Source of the DNA: Octopus bimaculoides
Taxonomy: Eukaryota
Direction: 5' to 3'
Assembly: GCF_001194135.2 (NCBI RefSeq)
Contig: NC_068986.1
Coordinates: 116,809,643-116,873,642 of the forward strand
DNA length: 64,000 nucleotides
Below are positions 48,848 to 61,690 of this stretch, piece after piece. Below the pieces are notes generated by a model. That model was not told the DNA's origin. It ran no database searches and saw only the letters and a program-made list of their open reading frames with translations. The translations under genes and the position numbers were made by a program. Every line of letters begins with the position of its first letter. The stretch's first letter is position 1.

Positions 48848-51800
48848 CTGAAATAAAAAAGCAAGCAGTGGGTTGTTAGGCTAATTACAAGAATACTTCA
48901 GACAGACTGTTAGAATAAATAACAAAGGTTACATCATCATCATCATCATCATCGTTTAATGTCCGCTTTCCATGCTAGCATGGGTTGGACGATCTGACTG
49001 AGGACTGGTGAAACCGGATGGCAACACCAAGCTCCAATCTAAATTTGGCAGAGTTTCTACAGCTGGATGCCCTTCCTAACGCCAATTGTTACCTTGGTCA
49101 ACAGAATTCAGACAGGAGACTAAATTTGCCGTCTGTGTATCATACTAAAACATATATACATTGTTAGAAGGTACGATGCTGTAGTTTTTGGGTGAGAGAA
49201 AATTCTCTGCATAGACACGTGTTAAAACCACAATCTATATTGGAGCAAAGCAGATATCATTGCAGCACAGACCCACAAGAACAACACACGAGTTTTGCCT
49301 TTGTAGGGGCTTGTCACTTCTATGCACCCATTTGTCATCTGTTAAGATGAAATTCATGGTTCAATATATAGGAAACAAACAATAATGCATACACTGGTAT
49401 TGCAGAAAGCTTGCTGGGTTATAAAAAAAAGTCTGTGAATGCAACTGAATCTATGAAGAGATTTTCTCTCAGACAAAAAACAAAAACAGCAGTATTCCAT
49501 CTAATTTTATATATACATTTAGTATGATAAATGGCAAAGTAAAGTTATCTTCTGAGTACAGTAGAAAATCGGTTTTATTTGATATAACAAATCTTTAGAG
49601 GAATAGCCGTAACACAATTCTAAATATTTACTTTATATTTCCAAACAATAGAAACAGAAGCTGGATTAAACTGTACTGAGTGCAGTATAAGAAAATGAAT
49701 CCTTTAATGTCATATTCATTATGACACAGATTTTATTAATTATTTCAAAGGAAGAGAAATAATTGTAACCTCAATTTTATATCTGTGCCATTTAATATTT
49801 AAGTTTCATCAAAAGCATAACTGGTATGCCAGTCCATTGATCCTTATCCACCATGCACTACTATAAAAGTTGCTCTCTAAACGAAACAGACTTAGATTTA
49901 AACCTTTGCCAAGTGACTATCTGAGAGGTTTCTGGTTATTTCCATAAACAGCAATTTAGCAGTTCCACAAATATCTTCATTCATTATGCTAGGAAAGAAA
50001 TCTGACAGTTCATGTAGAAGTCTAACTCTTTAGCATTTAAACTGGCCATATCTGGTTAAAATGTTCTGTTTGCGTTATGTTGAAACCAGCCAGATCTGAC
50101 CCCTCACACCTACACAACAATGTCATTCTAAAAATAATCACATCAAAATCTCAAAGCTATATAATTAAAAGCATGATTAATTCAAAGCTGTGTGAATAAA
50201 CAAGTATTACATTTGACAGCGTAATCATCATCATCATCATTGTTTAACCTCCGCTTCCCATGCTAGCATGGGTTGGACGATTTGACTGAAGATTGGCGAA
50301 CCAGATGGCTGCACCAGGCTCTAGTCTGATCTGGCAGTGTTTCTACAGCTGGATGCCCTTCCTAACACCAACCACTCCAAGAGTGTAGTGGGTGCTTTTT
50401 ACGTGCCACCGGCACAGGAGCTAGTCAGGTGGGCCAAGCATCAATCATATCCAGATAGTGCTTTTTACGTGCCACTGGCATGGGAGCCAGTCAGGGGGTA
50501 CTGGCATTGGCCACGTTCGGGTGGTGCTTTTCACGTGCCACCTGCACGGGAGCCAGTTAGGGAGTCCTGGCATTGATCAGTAATCTGAATGGTAAAGGGT
50601 TAAGTCAGCATCAGAGTCAGGATTAAAGATTTAGCTAAAGAATTTATTAAAGTTTGACATATTTACTTACTCCAAGAAGAATGGGGGTAGAGAAATATTT
50701 AGCTTCAGTTTCGTCAGATCGTACATATGCGCATTCAACTATGCCTTCAACTCCAGAAAGAGCCTCTAAAAGGGAAAAGGCAAAACGAGCCCCAGCGTAG
50801 GCCATTGACAATGTTGCAGATCCCTGTCAAAATAGAAACATAAAAAAATATCACAATTACAGTAAGGGTCATTAAAACAAAACATTAAAAAAAAAACTGA
50901 TTTGGTGAAGCAAGATTTTGTATTGCAAAGCATTCTTTCCAAATCTCATGATTCCGGGTTCAGTCCCATTGTGTGGCATCTTGGGCAGGTATCTTCTACT
51001 ATAGCTTCAAGCCAACCAAAGCCTTGTGAGTAGATTTGGTAGATGGAAACTGAAAGAAGCCTGATGTATGTGTGTCTTTCTCCCACCACCACTTGACAAC
51101 CAGTGTCGGTGTGTTTACACCCCTGTAACTTAGCAGTTTGGCAAAAAGAAACTGACAGAATAAGTACCAGGCTTAAAAAAAATTAAGTACTGGGGTCGAT
51201 GCATTTGACTAAAAATTCTCCAAGGCATCGCCCCAGCATGGCCACAGCCTAATGACCGAAGCAACACCTCTCACTTATTTTCATATTGTTTCATTAGAAT
51301 GTGTTGTATTAAAATATATGAGGCATCTGGCAAATTTCATTGCTAATGCATTGGTTACTAGGCTAGGAGGTCATGGTAGGAAGTGTCATAAAGGGAGGTC
51401 AAAACTGGTTGCAAACGTGATTGTAAAGCTAACTTCACAAGTCTTCCTTGTGGCCTTCTGTAACGGACATAAGAAAATGACTTTTGTAGTTTTTAAAAGT
51501 GAAAATAAAAGATACATACAGCCCCTGCTTTAGCTTCAACAACCTCGGTACCAGCATTCTGAATTCTGACACTTAGACGAACTCTTTCTTCCTAGATAGA
51601 AATAGAAATGAATTTTTATCATTAGATTGTAAAAAAAAAAAACAACAACAAAAAACCCCAAGACCCATTTTATTATTGTTGTGATTGATGTAGTAGTACA
51701 TCTATGTCTCACACCAGCGAGCTGGAGGTAAATATATAAATGTTTAAAAGTTTGACATATAAGGTTATGGTTTTTCAGACTGTTAATGTTATCTTTAACG

Positions 51801-54800
51801 TGTTTTTTTCATGCTAGTATGGGTTGGGCAGTTTGACAGACAGAATCTGAAGACAGCATTGTGCTCCACAGTCTGCTTTGATATGGGTTCTATGGCTGGA
51901 TGCCCCAACTAATGCCAACCACTTTACAGAGTGCACCAGGTTCTTTTCACCGACATGGCTGCTTAACTATTTCTATTTGCAATAAGTTTTGACTAGTTTT
52001 ATCTGTGAGAGTCAGCAGATATGTTACTGCTGGATGTGTTTTGTCACTTTATAACAGTTACATCAGCAATGAGTGGTTACAATTTAGCCAATGAAAAACT
52101 TAGTGACACAGCAATGGATACTGCATCATCTTTGATAGACTCTAAAAGATAAAAACAACTTTGTCACTTTGATTAAGAAAGAATTGGAAAAGTCAATTCT
52201 AATGCCATAACAGTATACTACAGTCTATTCATCATGCAAATGTGGGGACACATTTCTTAATTTGTATTGACATGATAAAAAAAAAATAAGGGATTGAATC
52301 AACAGAGATATTTCATAGGAGGAAAGAAGTACTTACATGAGGGAAAGATACTGGAGGAGTACATTGTGAAATGAGAGGGATGATAGTAACACCTGAGTGA
52401 CCACCAATGACTGGGACACTCACTTTAGATACATCCAAACCCTGGAAAGAAAAGTAGTAAAATTCAAGATTAACATTAACTAAGCTCATTTCAGGAATAT
52501 TGTGTAAAATTTCAAGAGTTAAATAATCAACTTATTTCTATTGTTAGTCAATGAAAGAGAAATATTAAGTTACTTTCATAATAAAATGTTTGTAATATTC
52601 ATGAACAGAGATGAAATTTAAAAAACAGAGAAGATGAATACCCTTGCTTCAGCAATAAATGTGTTTGCTCTGACAACGTCTAAAGTGCTGACACCAAAGA
52701 TTCTTTTGGGATCATATACTCCTCTCTTTTTGTAAATTTCTGAAGCAATTGGGACAGTAGAATTTACCTGCAAGGAAGTCAAATTTGGTTTTAGAATCCA
52801 CATTGAGTATCATTTATTACATTTTATCAGAAATTCAGAACAGAAAAATCCTCAAATCTCAATTTGAAAGAGTTAACAAAGTAGATTATCTGGTTCTTAG
52901 TGTTGAAATGGTTTAGCTCTATAAACACTCAAAAATTATTTTTTCAATAATTCAAAGAAATATATAGATTTACAGAACTATTTAATCCATGCTAGCATGG
53001 TGACAACACTAAGCCTTAAGGTTCTATATCATAAACCAACAACAAAAAAGATAAGACCCAGCTGAACCCAGACGTCCAAAATTCTGCTGGATGAAAGGCA
53101 AAGAAAAGTTCGATCTCCTTTTTTTTACCAATGAATCACAAACTTAAACAACTTCATTATAAAACCAGCTGTTTTCAGTTTTATATGATTAATCCATATA
53201 ATATTAGATGTTAATATAGAGCACCGTCCGAGCGTGATCATTACCAGAGCAGCTGTCTGGCTTCCGTGCCAGTGGCATGTAAATAGCACCATTTGAGCGT
53301 GATTGTTACCAGCATTGCCTTACTGGCACTTGTGCTGGTGGCACATGAAAAGACATTCGAGCAAGGCCATTGCTAGTGCCACTGAACTGGCTCCTATGCA
53401 AGTGGCATGTAAAAAAAACACCATTTTGAGTGGTTGGCGTTAGGAAGGGCATCCAGCTGTAGAAACTCTGCCAGATCAGATTGGAGCCTGGTGCAGCCAT
53501 CTAGTTTCACCAGTCCTCAGTCACATCGTCCAACCCATGCCAGCATGGAAAACGGACGTTAAACGATGATGATGATTAATAAGCTGGCAGAATCGTTAGC
53601 ATAATGCCAGGCAAAAATGCTTAGTGGCATTTTGACTGTCTTTACATTCTGAGCTCAAATTCTTCCCATGTCAACTTTGCCTTTCATCTTTTCAGGGTTC
53701 ATAAAATAAATACCAGTTAAGTGCTGAGGTTGATGTAAATGATTTACTCGCCTCCCTGAAATTGCTGGCCTTGTGCCAAAATTCGAAACCAACACAATCA
53801 CTAATTTCAAACAGAAAACAATTACAGGTCTCCACACAGTTGTCAGTGATTGCCTGTGGCACTTTTCTGTCTCAAATTGGCGTTTATAATATCTAATATG
53901 TAATTATAAATAAGAGGAGGGACCACTAAGTGGATCCCTTGTATGCTAAAGATAGATGTCATTCTATTTTTGGCATACAAGGGATCCACATGGTGGTCCC
54001 TCCTCTTATTGTTGATATTTAAATACAATTCACGGTCCTCAGACGTTTTCTTTTAAGTATTCTGACCACTGGTTGAAATTGATATTATTTAATAATATTG
54101 ATTTCTACTCTTCATATCTAATATTATGAGTTAATTCATTAAAAAGACATGTAAATAGAATGGAATCAATTGCAATTCCTAACCAGAAGTGTGGAAGAGA
54201 GTGACAACTTACTGGGTTAGTCACTATGGCCAACATAGCTTTGGGGCAGAACTGGGCACAGGCATCAGCTAAATTGCCAACAATGGATGCATTTGTGTTG
54301 AAGAGATCATCTCGAGTCATCCCTGGTGGAGAAAAAGAAAACTCAATCGTGTAACATCGAACCAACAAGAGATAACAATTTATTAAGTGGCTGATTTAAA
54401 GGAGAAAACCATTAAAAAAAAACACACAAATTTATTCATGCATGTTATATGTGCACTTTATCTAAGGTTTTTAAATCTAAAAATTATAAGTGCACACCAT
54501 ATGAAAAGTAAATATTATATCTTTTTGCATGGCTGTAATCAGGATGGCATAAGTTACACTTATTGTTCAAGTTAACTGGGAAGTAATACAGAACATAAAT
54601 CACCATAATAACATTTCAGTTTTCTATGATAGTAATAATACTTTTAATGTTCGTTACATTGCTGATCACATAACTGACAGCCATTTACTAATGCAATGAA
54701 ACAATTCTAAAATAAAATAATGCATTGGCATGGGTCGACCCAGCAAGCCAGAGGACTGCACTGAGCTCTCATGTTTTGTTTTGGCAGGGTTTCCATGGCT

Positions 54801-56504
54801 GGATGCCCTTCCTAATGCCAACCACTTTACAAAGAGTACTGGGAGCTTTTCAGAGACACTGGCTCTAGTGAGGTTACCAAATCGATAACAAGACAAGTAA
54901 AAGCCCTGTTGACTGAATGGGGGTAGAGTAGAGAGGGACAGGAACTGGTGGTTTGATAGAGGAGATATATGGCTACCCTACATTATATAAGGGTGGGAGG
55001 GAGTAGCTGAAAAGACACTGATGGTGGTGATGAGGCATCAGAGAACATGCTCAAGGCACAAGAAGATGAGTATAAGAGCTAATACAGGCAGAAGATTGGG
55101 AAAGATGGGTGGATAAGTTCACCTAAGTGTGAGAGGAGAGTGGCAGATAGGGGTAGAGGTTAATGTGGTGAATGATATATTAATATTTTATGAATTTGTT
55201 TTTTAAAGTAAATAAAATTTACCATATCTTAAATGTTTGAAGGTCAGACCAAGTTCAAAAACCATAAAAAAAATTGTTTGTGTATTTGTAAACAGTGATG
55301 TGATTGCGTAGACAATGTTTCAAATTAAAATATCTTGTGGCATTTATTATGCTCCAGGTTGCACACAGATCCTCTCTTGTCATTCTTGTTGGAAATACAG
55401 AGAACTAAAGCTTGGCTCATTTGAAACTTGTAACTAATGGAGCTATTGTTCACAAAATGCCATAGAAAATATATAAATATACAGCTTGATAAACATCATT
55501 GTCTTTGACATTATTAAAGACTGATGTGACCCAATGCTAAATAGAATGACAGTCTAGCCTCAGAAACAATAACATTATGTCAGTAGACCACCATAACCTG
55601 CAAAACCTCACTTTCTTTTTATTATTTTACAATAATAGTTTGAGCATGGCCAATGCCAGTACCACCTGGCTGGCCCTCGTGCTGGTGGCACATAAAAGCA
55701 CCCACTACACTCTCGGAGTAGTTGGCATTAGGAAGGGCATCCAGCTATAGAAACTTTGCCAGATCAGATTGGAGACTGGTGCAGCCTTCTAGCTCTCCAG
55801 ACATCAGTCAAACCGTCCAACCCATGCCAGCATGAAAAGCGGACATTAAACGATCATGATGATGATGATTTCATACACAATGTTACCTCATTTTTAACTC
55901 ATTTAATTTTTTTTTGTTAATTAAAAAAAAAAAAAAAAAAAAAACTTAACTACCTCTCATTGTTTTCATGTTAATTAAATTCTACTCCCCCAACAAATAC
56001 GAAAAGTTCAGATTAGGTTACATCCAACTTGTTAGTCCTTAACCCTTTTGCAATGAACCTGCCCAAGACTGCCCCAGGTTTGATGCTACAAACCTTCCCA
56101 TTTTAAAGTGAACTAAATAGAAATCTATCAAGATTTCATTTAGATTTATGCTGCAAGCATCAGCTTAATGACAAATTTAATTTCCTAAATTCTTTATAAT
56201 TTTGAAACTTAATTGAAAAAAAGTGGATTTCAACAGAAATGGTCAACTCACCTGGTTTTCTGGGGACACCAGCTGGAATGAGAACAACATCAGCACCAGT
56301 GACAGCTTCTTGTAATTCACTGGGTCCCATGTGGCCTGTTACTTTAGCCCTAGTCTCAAGATGACTAAGATCTGCAGCCACACCTGGAGTGTGTGCAATA
56401 TCATAGAGGGATAAATGGCTGACTAGGGGGCTGTTCTTCAGCAGCAAGGACAACGGTTGACCAATACCTCCAGATGCTCCAAGAACACACACTTTGGCAT
56501 TTTT
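48713..56504 (-). CDS. MDH2: Mitochondrial malate dehydrogenase (7 exons, 954 nt; presequence exon not found)
   Basis: join(56504-56252, 54322-54213, 52767-52642, 52441-52337, 51591-51520, 50823-50671, 48847-48713) gives an open MDH with GASGGIG NAD motif, [28 protein letters not shown] and [14 protein letters not shown]. All junctions are GT/AG. Confidence 0.97.
50671..50823 (-). CDS. MDH2: MDH2 exon ([14 protein letters not shown]...FSTPILLG)
   Basis: 153 nt; tgacag acceptor and gtaagt donor. Confidence 0.95.
51520..51591 (-). CDS. MDH2: MDH2 exon ([24 protein letters not shown])
   Basis: 72 nt; atctag acceptor and gtatgt donor. Confidence 0.94.
52337..52441 (-). CDS. MDH2: MDH2 exon ([17 protein letters not shown]...VSFPH)
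   Basis: 105 nt; contains the catalytic His; ttccag acceptor and gtaagt donor. Confidence 0.95.
52642..52767 (-). CDS. MDH2: MDH2 exon (VNSTVPI...[15 protein letters not shown])
   Basis: 126 nt; ttgcag acceptor and gtattc donor. Confidence 0.95.
54213..54322 (-). CDS. MDH2: MDH2 exon ([11 protein letters not shown]...IVTNP)
   Basis: 110 nt; gtaagt donor. Confidence 0.96.
56252..56504 (-). CDS. MDH2: MDH2 exon ([15 protein letters not shown]...PRKP)
   Basis: ttccag acceptor and gtgagt donor; 253 nt. Confidence 0.96.
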
Positions 56505-57089
56505 CTGGAAAAGAGAAAAAGAAAAGAGTTTTGTTATATATATATTTAGTAAGTAGAGTGAATGAGAGAAATGGTCAACCCCAGAGGAAAACCTCTGACA
56601 AGAACATCTGTAAACGTTTATATACAGCATGATCAATAGGTATTGCTATCAATCAACAGATTATAACATTTTGCACAGTCACTTGCTAGAGAAGAGATCC
56701 ATACAGCAACAAAAACCAATTAACTCTCTAGATCCAACACTACACAAATTTAGTTACTAAATCAATAAACAGCCACCACACAGCCCAATTAAGAAGCAAT
56801 GCTGAGCTCTGTCTTACCATCATCTCCAAACTCTTGTCATTTACATAACATTTCCTTAAATTTTCTGATACAATGGTGGTGGTGTAATTAATGTGGATAT
56901 TTTTAACTGTACAATAATTCAACCAATTATTTTCATACCTCATCATTTATAACACTGCAGTGCCGCTTCCAAAGTTATAACATGCTTGACAAGACTGATA
57001 ATGATACTTCACTCTGGTTTCATGGAGTGATATTAAAATATTCCATTGTCAAGGAAGAAGACATTCCCCAAAATAATTCCTCTCCCACT

Positions 57090-58109
57090 GGAATCCTTCA
57101 CAGTGGAATCTTTTATCCTTTATCTTTTGTTTCAGTCATTAGATTGAAACCATATGCTGATGACCTTGTTCTTGTAGTTGAATCTGTATTAGGATTAGTG
57201 AATGAATTCTACACACACAAGCAAAATCTGGAATCAAATGGCTTCAAGGTTAACTTAGCAAAGACGAAACTATAAGTAAGAACAGACAAGACACTGCTTC
57301 CATAAACACATTCGCCTTACTAGATACGTAGAAATTTTATACAATATACCCAGTGCAAACTATGGACACATGAGAGGTGCAGTGTAATCACAGGTAGGTT
57401 ACCAGAGAAAGTAGTCTTTGATGCACAGGAACAATAAACACTAGGAACACAGATTCTCTTAAATACCCTGAAAAATTCTTAGAGGTAGGAGGTGACCTAA
57501 GTGGCAGTGGAGGGGGGCGTTTAAATACATCATCATACCCTTTCTTATTCTTTCTGTTCTGCCAGTCATCACTCCCCCTCCCAACCACTTCCTACAGTCC
57601 TCTGTCCTTCATTCTTACCATAGTCCCACACATTGCTGACTGCCTCCTTAATTTCTCTTTATCACTCATTCTCCACCCAATCTTTCAACCTTTACTCACT
57701 CTTCCTGATCATTTCTGTCACCATCTTCCACCCATCTATGTATAGCATAGTCTTCTTTATCACTCTCGGACTCCCTCTCATTAACGCAGGGGTCTTTCTC
57801 ATTCCTTTCCCTCTTATACTGTCTCTGTTACTTCTTCCACTAACACACTCTACCAACAGTAAACCCGTTTCTCCCTTCATACTTGAACTTCTTGCTCTCC
57901 GATGTGGGTGCCCTTTAGTCTAAGTTACTTGGTGACCCCAACAATGCTGGTGCAATGAAAGAAAGCATCTGGTGAATTCTGTAAAGTGGTTGGCATCAAG
58001 GAAGAGCATCCAAGTAGACATTGGGGCAAGATGGCATCCACTGACCATTGGAACCTGTTGAACCATAAAATCCAGATCCACATGGAAAAAATGTAAAATG
58101 ATGATGATG
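57090..58109 (+). mobile_element. RTE-clade LINE remnant (antisense to MDH2)
   Basis: PYADDLVLV...NLESNGFKVNLAKTK; same UTR and (GAT)n tail as the 14.4-16 kb copy. Confidence 0.7.
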
Positions 58110-58366
58110 TTGCACACACACACATGGTCATGTGGTGTTAAGAACTGCTCCCCAACCAACTGTGTTTGTGACTATTGCTGCTGTGCAGCACATTGAGCTA
58201 GTATTTTCTATTATAATCAATAACTTTTCATGAAACCAGGTGGGTGGAAACTGTTCAGAAGCCTATCCTATGTGTGTGTGTATATTTATATATCAGATAC
58301 GGCAGTGCCATGGAAAACAACAACACTGGTGTTCCATCAAAATGGCAACTTAGCTGCCAACTGGCA

Positions 58367-58566
58367 AAATGAGAAGAACTAGGCTGGAATAAATGAGAAG
58401 AATAAATGAGAAGAACTAGGCTGGAATAAATGAGAAGAATAAATGAGAAGAACTAGGCTGGAATAAATGAGAAGAATAAATGAGAAGAATAAATGAGAAG
58501 AATAAATGAGAAGAATAAATGAGAAGAATAAATGAGAAGAATAAATGAGAAGAACTAGGCTGGAAT
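58367..58566. repeat. Compound minisatellite of 13-bp and 24-bp units
   Basis: A=aaatgagaagaat, B=aaatgagaagaactaggctggaat; order B-A-B-A-B-A6-B. Confidence 0.9.
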
Positions 58567-60939
58567 AAACAGTGGAGTTGAAATGTTTGACTAAAACCTT
58601 AGTACTAAAGTCCCAGCATGACTACTAATGAAAACATGCTCACCCTATTTCTCTTTCCAGCTGTTAAACATTCGCTGCATTTCAGGCCCATATAAAGGAT
58701 ATTGCACATACATACATACACACACAAACATTACATGTACATACCCCACTCCCCCACATCATCATCACATTATTGGTATGAATTGGATGGTCTGACAGAA
58801 TCCCATTGGTGTAAGGACTGCACCATGTGCCAATGTCTACCTTGGCCATGGTTTCTATGGCTAGATGTCCTTCCTAATGCCAAACCCTTTACAGAATGTC
58901 TTGGGCAATTTCTTTCACAGTATCTGTACAGGGGAAGTTACTCAACTTCCCCAAGCTTGCATAAATCAGATGGAATTTTCTGAGACAGATTTTCTACAAC
59001 CAGTTGCCCTTCATGTTACAAACTCTCACCCGTTTCCAAAGGATGGCTGGAAATAGATACACAGAAGATTGGAAACAAACTACACCACTTGTATGACACA
59101 AATATACACACATGTATATATGATGCACTTCTTTCAGTTTCCATCAATCAGATTCACTCACAAGGCTTTGACTGCCCAAGGTGCCACACAATGGGACTGA
59201 ACTTGAAACCATGTGGTTGGGAAGTGGGAAGTCAATGATAATTCACAGATTAGAATATTAAACATTGAATAGCTTTTTTAAATCCTTTTTTGGAATATTA
59301 CATCAAGACATATCACTTCCTGTATTTCCATAGTAGCAGATGTTCCAGCTTTGCTAGTTTAATCTTCAGTTCACAGTTGAATAACCTTTCAGTGAAACAT
59401 GATGCAGAGGATATTTTCAGTTAGCTTATCTTCGTTATTAGTGTTGCACATAATTAGCTGAGCAAAGAACAAAAATACTCTACTACTTAATAAAGCATTA
59501 TGGCAATGAGTTGGTAGAACTGTTAGCAGCATTTCTTCTGGCACTTTATGATCTGAGTTCAAATTCCGCCGAGATCAAATTTGCCTTTCGTCCTTTCAGA
59601 GTCACTAAAGTACAGGGCTTCATATAACTGACTATCCTTCTCACTTTCAGATTGCTGGCTTTGTGCCAAGATTATTATTATTATTATTATTAAGGTAGTA
59701 ATCTGGCAGAATTGTTAGCAAGCCAGACAATATTCTCAGCAACATTTCTTCTACCATCCCAAATTCAAATTCCACTGAGGTTGACAATGCCATCCATCTT
59801 TTCAAGATTGATAAAATAAAATACCAGTCAAATACTGGAGTCAGTGAAATTGTCTAAATCCTTTCTCATAAAACTGCTGCTTTGAAACCATTATTATCAT
59901 TATTAGTAATATTGGGGAAGTAGATCAGGAAAGTTGTTAGAATACCAGAAAAAGTGTCTTGCAGTATTTCTTATAGCTCTTTGCATTCTGAGTTCAAATC
60001 CTGCCAAGGTTGACTTTGCCCTTCATCCTTTCAAGGTCAATGAAAGAAAGTACCGGTGAACAAATGGTTTCATTTAAAATCAACCAGCTCCCTCTCAGTC
60101 AAATATTATGCATTGTGCCTACATCAGAAACCTAAAGGATATTCAATTGGCAGAATTGTTAGAGCATCAGACAAAAGGTCTTGCCTCATTTAGTTACAAC
60201 TCTTTATATTCTGAGTTCAAATTGCACCAAAGTCAGCTTTGCCAATCATACTTCCAAGGTTGATAAAGAACCAGTCAAGTACTGAGATGGATTTAGTCAA
60301 CTTCCCATCTACCCATATTGTTGACTCCCTGTGTCTAGATATCATCATCCAGTGTTTTAAATCTGGGTTTTGTCCCCCGTTAATGGGAGTGGCCGGATCT
60401 ACCTCAATGCCATAGCAACTGAGGTAGGTAGGTGCAGCTCACCCCAACCTTTGGGCTGGCTGGGTCTCATTCTCCTTTGCTATCATGAGGCTTTTTTGGA
60501 GCTGGATTTTCTACAGGGAGCATGTCCTTGCTTACCCCCAACCTCAGTTTCTAGACATGAGTGGTCCCGAGACCAAGGCCTCTACCAGGATTTTTAAGAA
60601 ATGTGGTGGAAAACTAGCTCAGGAAGGCAGGGACGCTACTCCCTGAGACCCCTTACCTAAAGCAATTAATATTTTGTTATAAACTATTGATTTTATTGCT
60701 GTTGCTAAAAACATCAACGCTACAGAGGCACAAGGACTGACATTTGGGGGAGGGGTTAGTCAATTACAATGACCCCAGTGTGCAACTGGTACTCATTTTA
60801 TCAACCACAAACAGAGGAAAGGTAAAGTTGACGCCAGTGGAATTTGAACTCAGGATGCAAAGACAAAATGCTGCTCTGCATTTTGTCTGGCATGCTAACG
60901 ATTTTGCCAGCTTGTTGCCTTTTAATAATAATAATTGAT

Positions 60940-61690
60940 AAAGGTAGACGAGATGAAGCTTGTGTACGAACAGCAATGTTACATGGTAGCAAAATGTGTG
61001 AGCTGTGATTGCAAAAAGAGTGAAAGAAATGAAGCTAGCACGCTCTGCTGGATGTGCAATGACAAAGTGTAAATGTGTTCAGAGAAAACCTCGGTATAAG
61101 AGGCATCAAACGTGGTGTGCAAAAGACAAGATTTTGGTGGTTTGTTGTGCTTGAGGAGACCTGTCCACCAAAGTGAGACTCTAAAGTTAGACAGTTTATG
61201 TCTATGCCCCTGCATACAATCTGTCCCCGACAACTCATCTTCCTAACATCACTCCTACCTCTACCAGTGATCACCACACACTGCATCCCCCTCCCCTCTA
61301 TCTTCTACTCTTACAAAACTTACCCACCCACTCACCCTATCCAATTTTCTGTATCACTTGTATACACCTCCCTATCACTCAATGGTAAGCCCTGACATAT
61401 TTTCACCATCTTCTCTCTCTCTCTCTTTCCCAACTGGGGTAGCCCTGTATCTCCTCCACTCCAAGACACCTGCTTCTGTCCCTCTATTCACCTCCCTCAA
61501 TACTACTCACCCACTCAGTTGTTGAGGGATGTTCTCTTGCTAGTTATTTGGTGACCCTGTTGGTGCTAGTGTCCTGTAAAAAGCACCCAGTTGGTGTAAG
61601 GAAGGACATCCAGCTGTAGAAACCAAAGCAGACAGTAGAGTTTGGCAGAGTCACCTGGCTTACCTGCAACTGTCAAACCAACAAAGAAAA
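60940..61690 (+). mobile_element. RTE-clade LINE remnant
   Basis: KGR.DEACVRTAMLHGSK... matches the 14.8 kb copy; same 3' UTR. Confidence 0.65.

Noticed and set aside
56578-56630. [17 protein letters not shown] as MDH2 presequence exon 1
   Set aside because: The phase fits, but the donor (gttgac) is poor and the peptide is not a convincing amphipathic presequence. True exon 1 is probably beyond the window or unrecognised.
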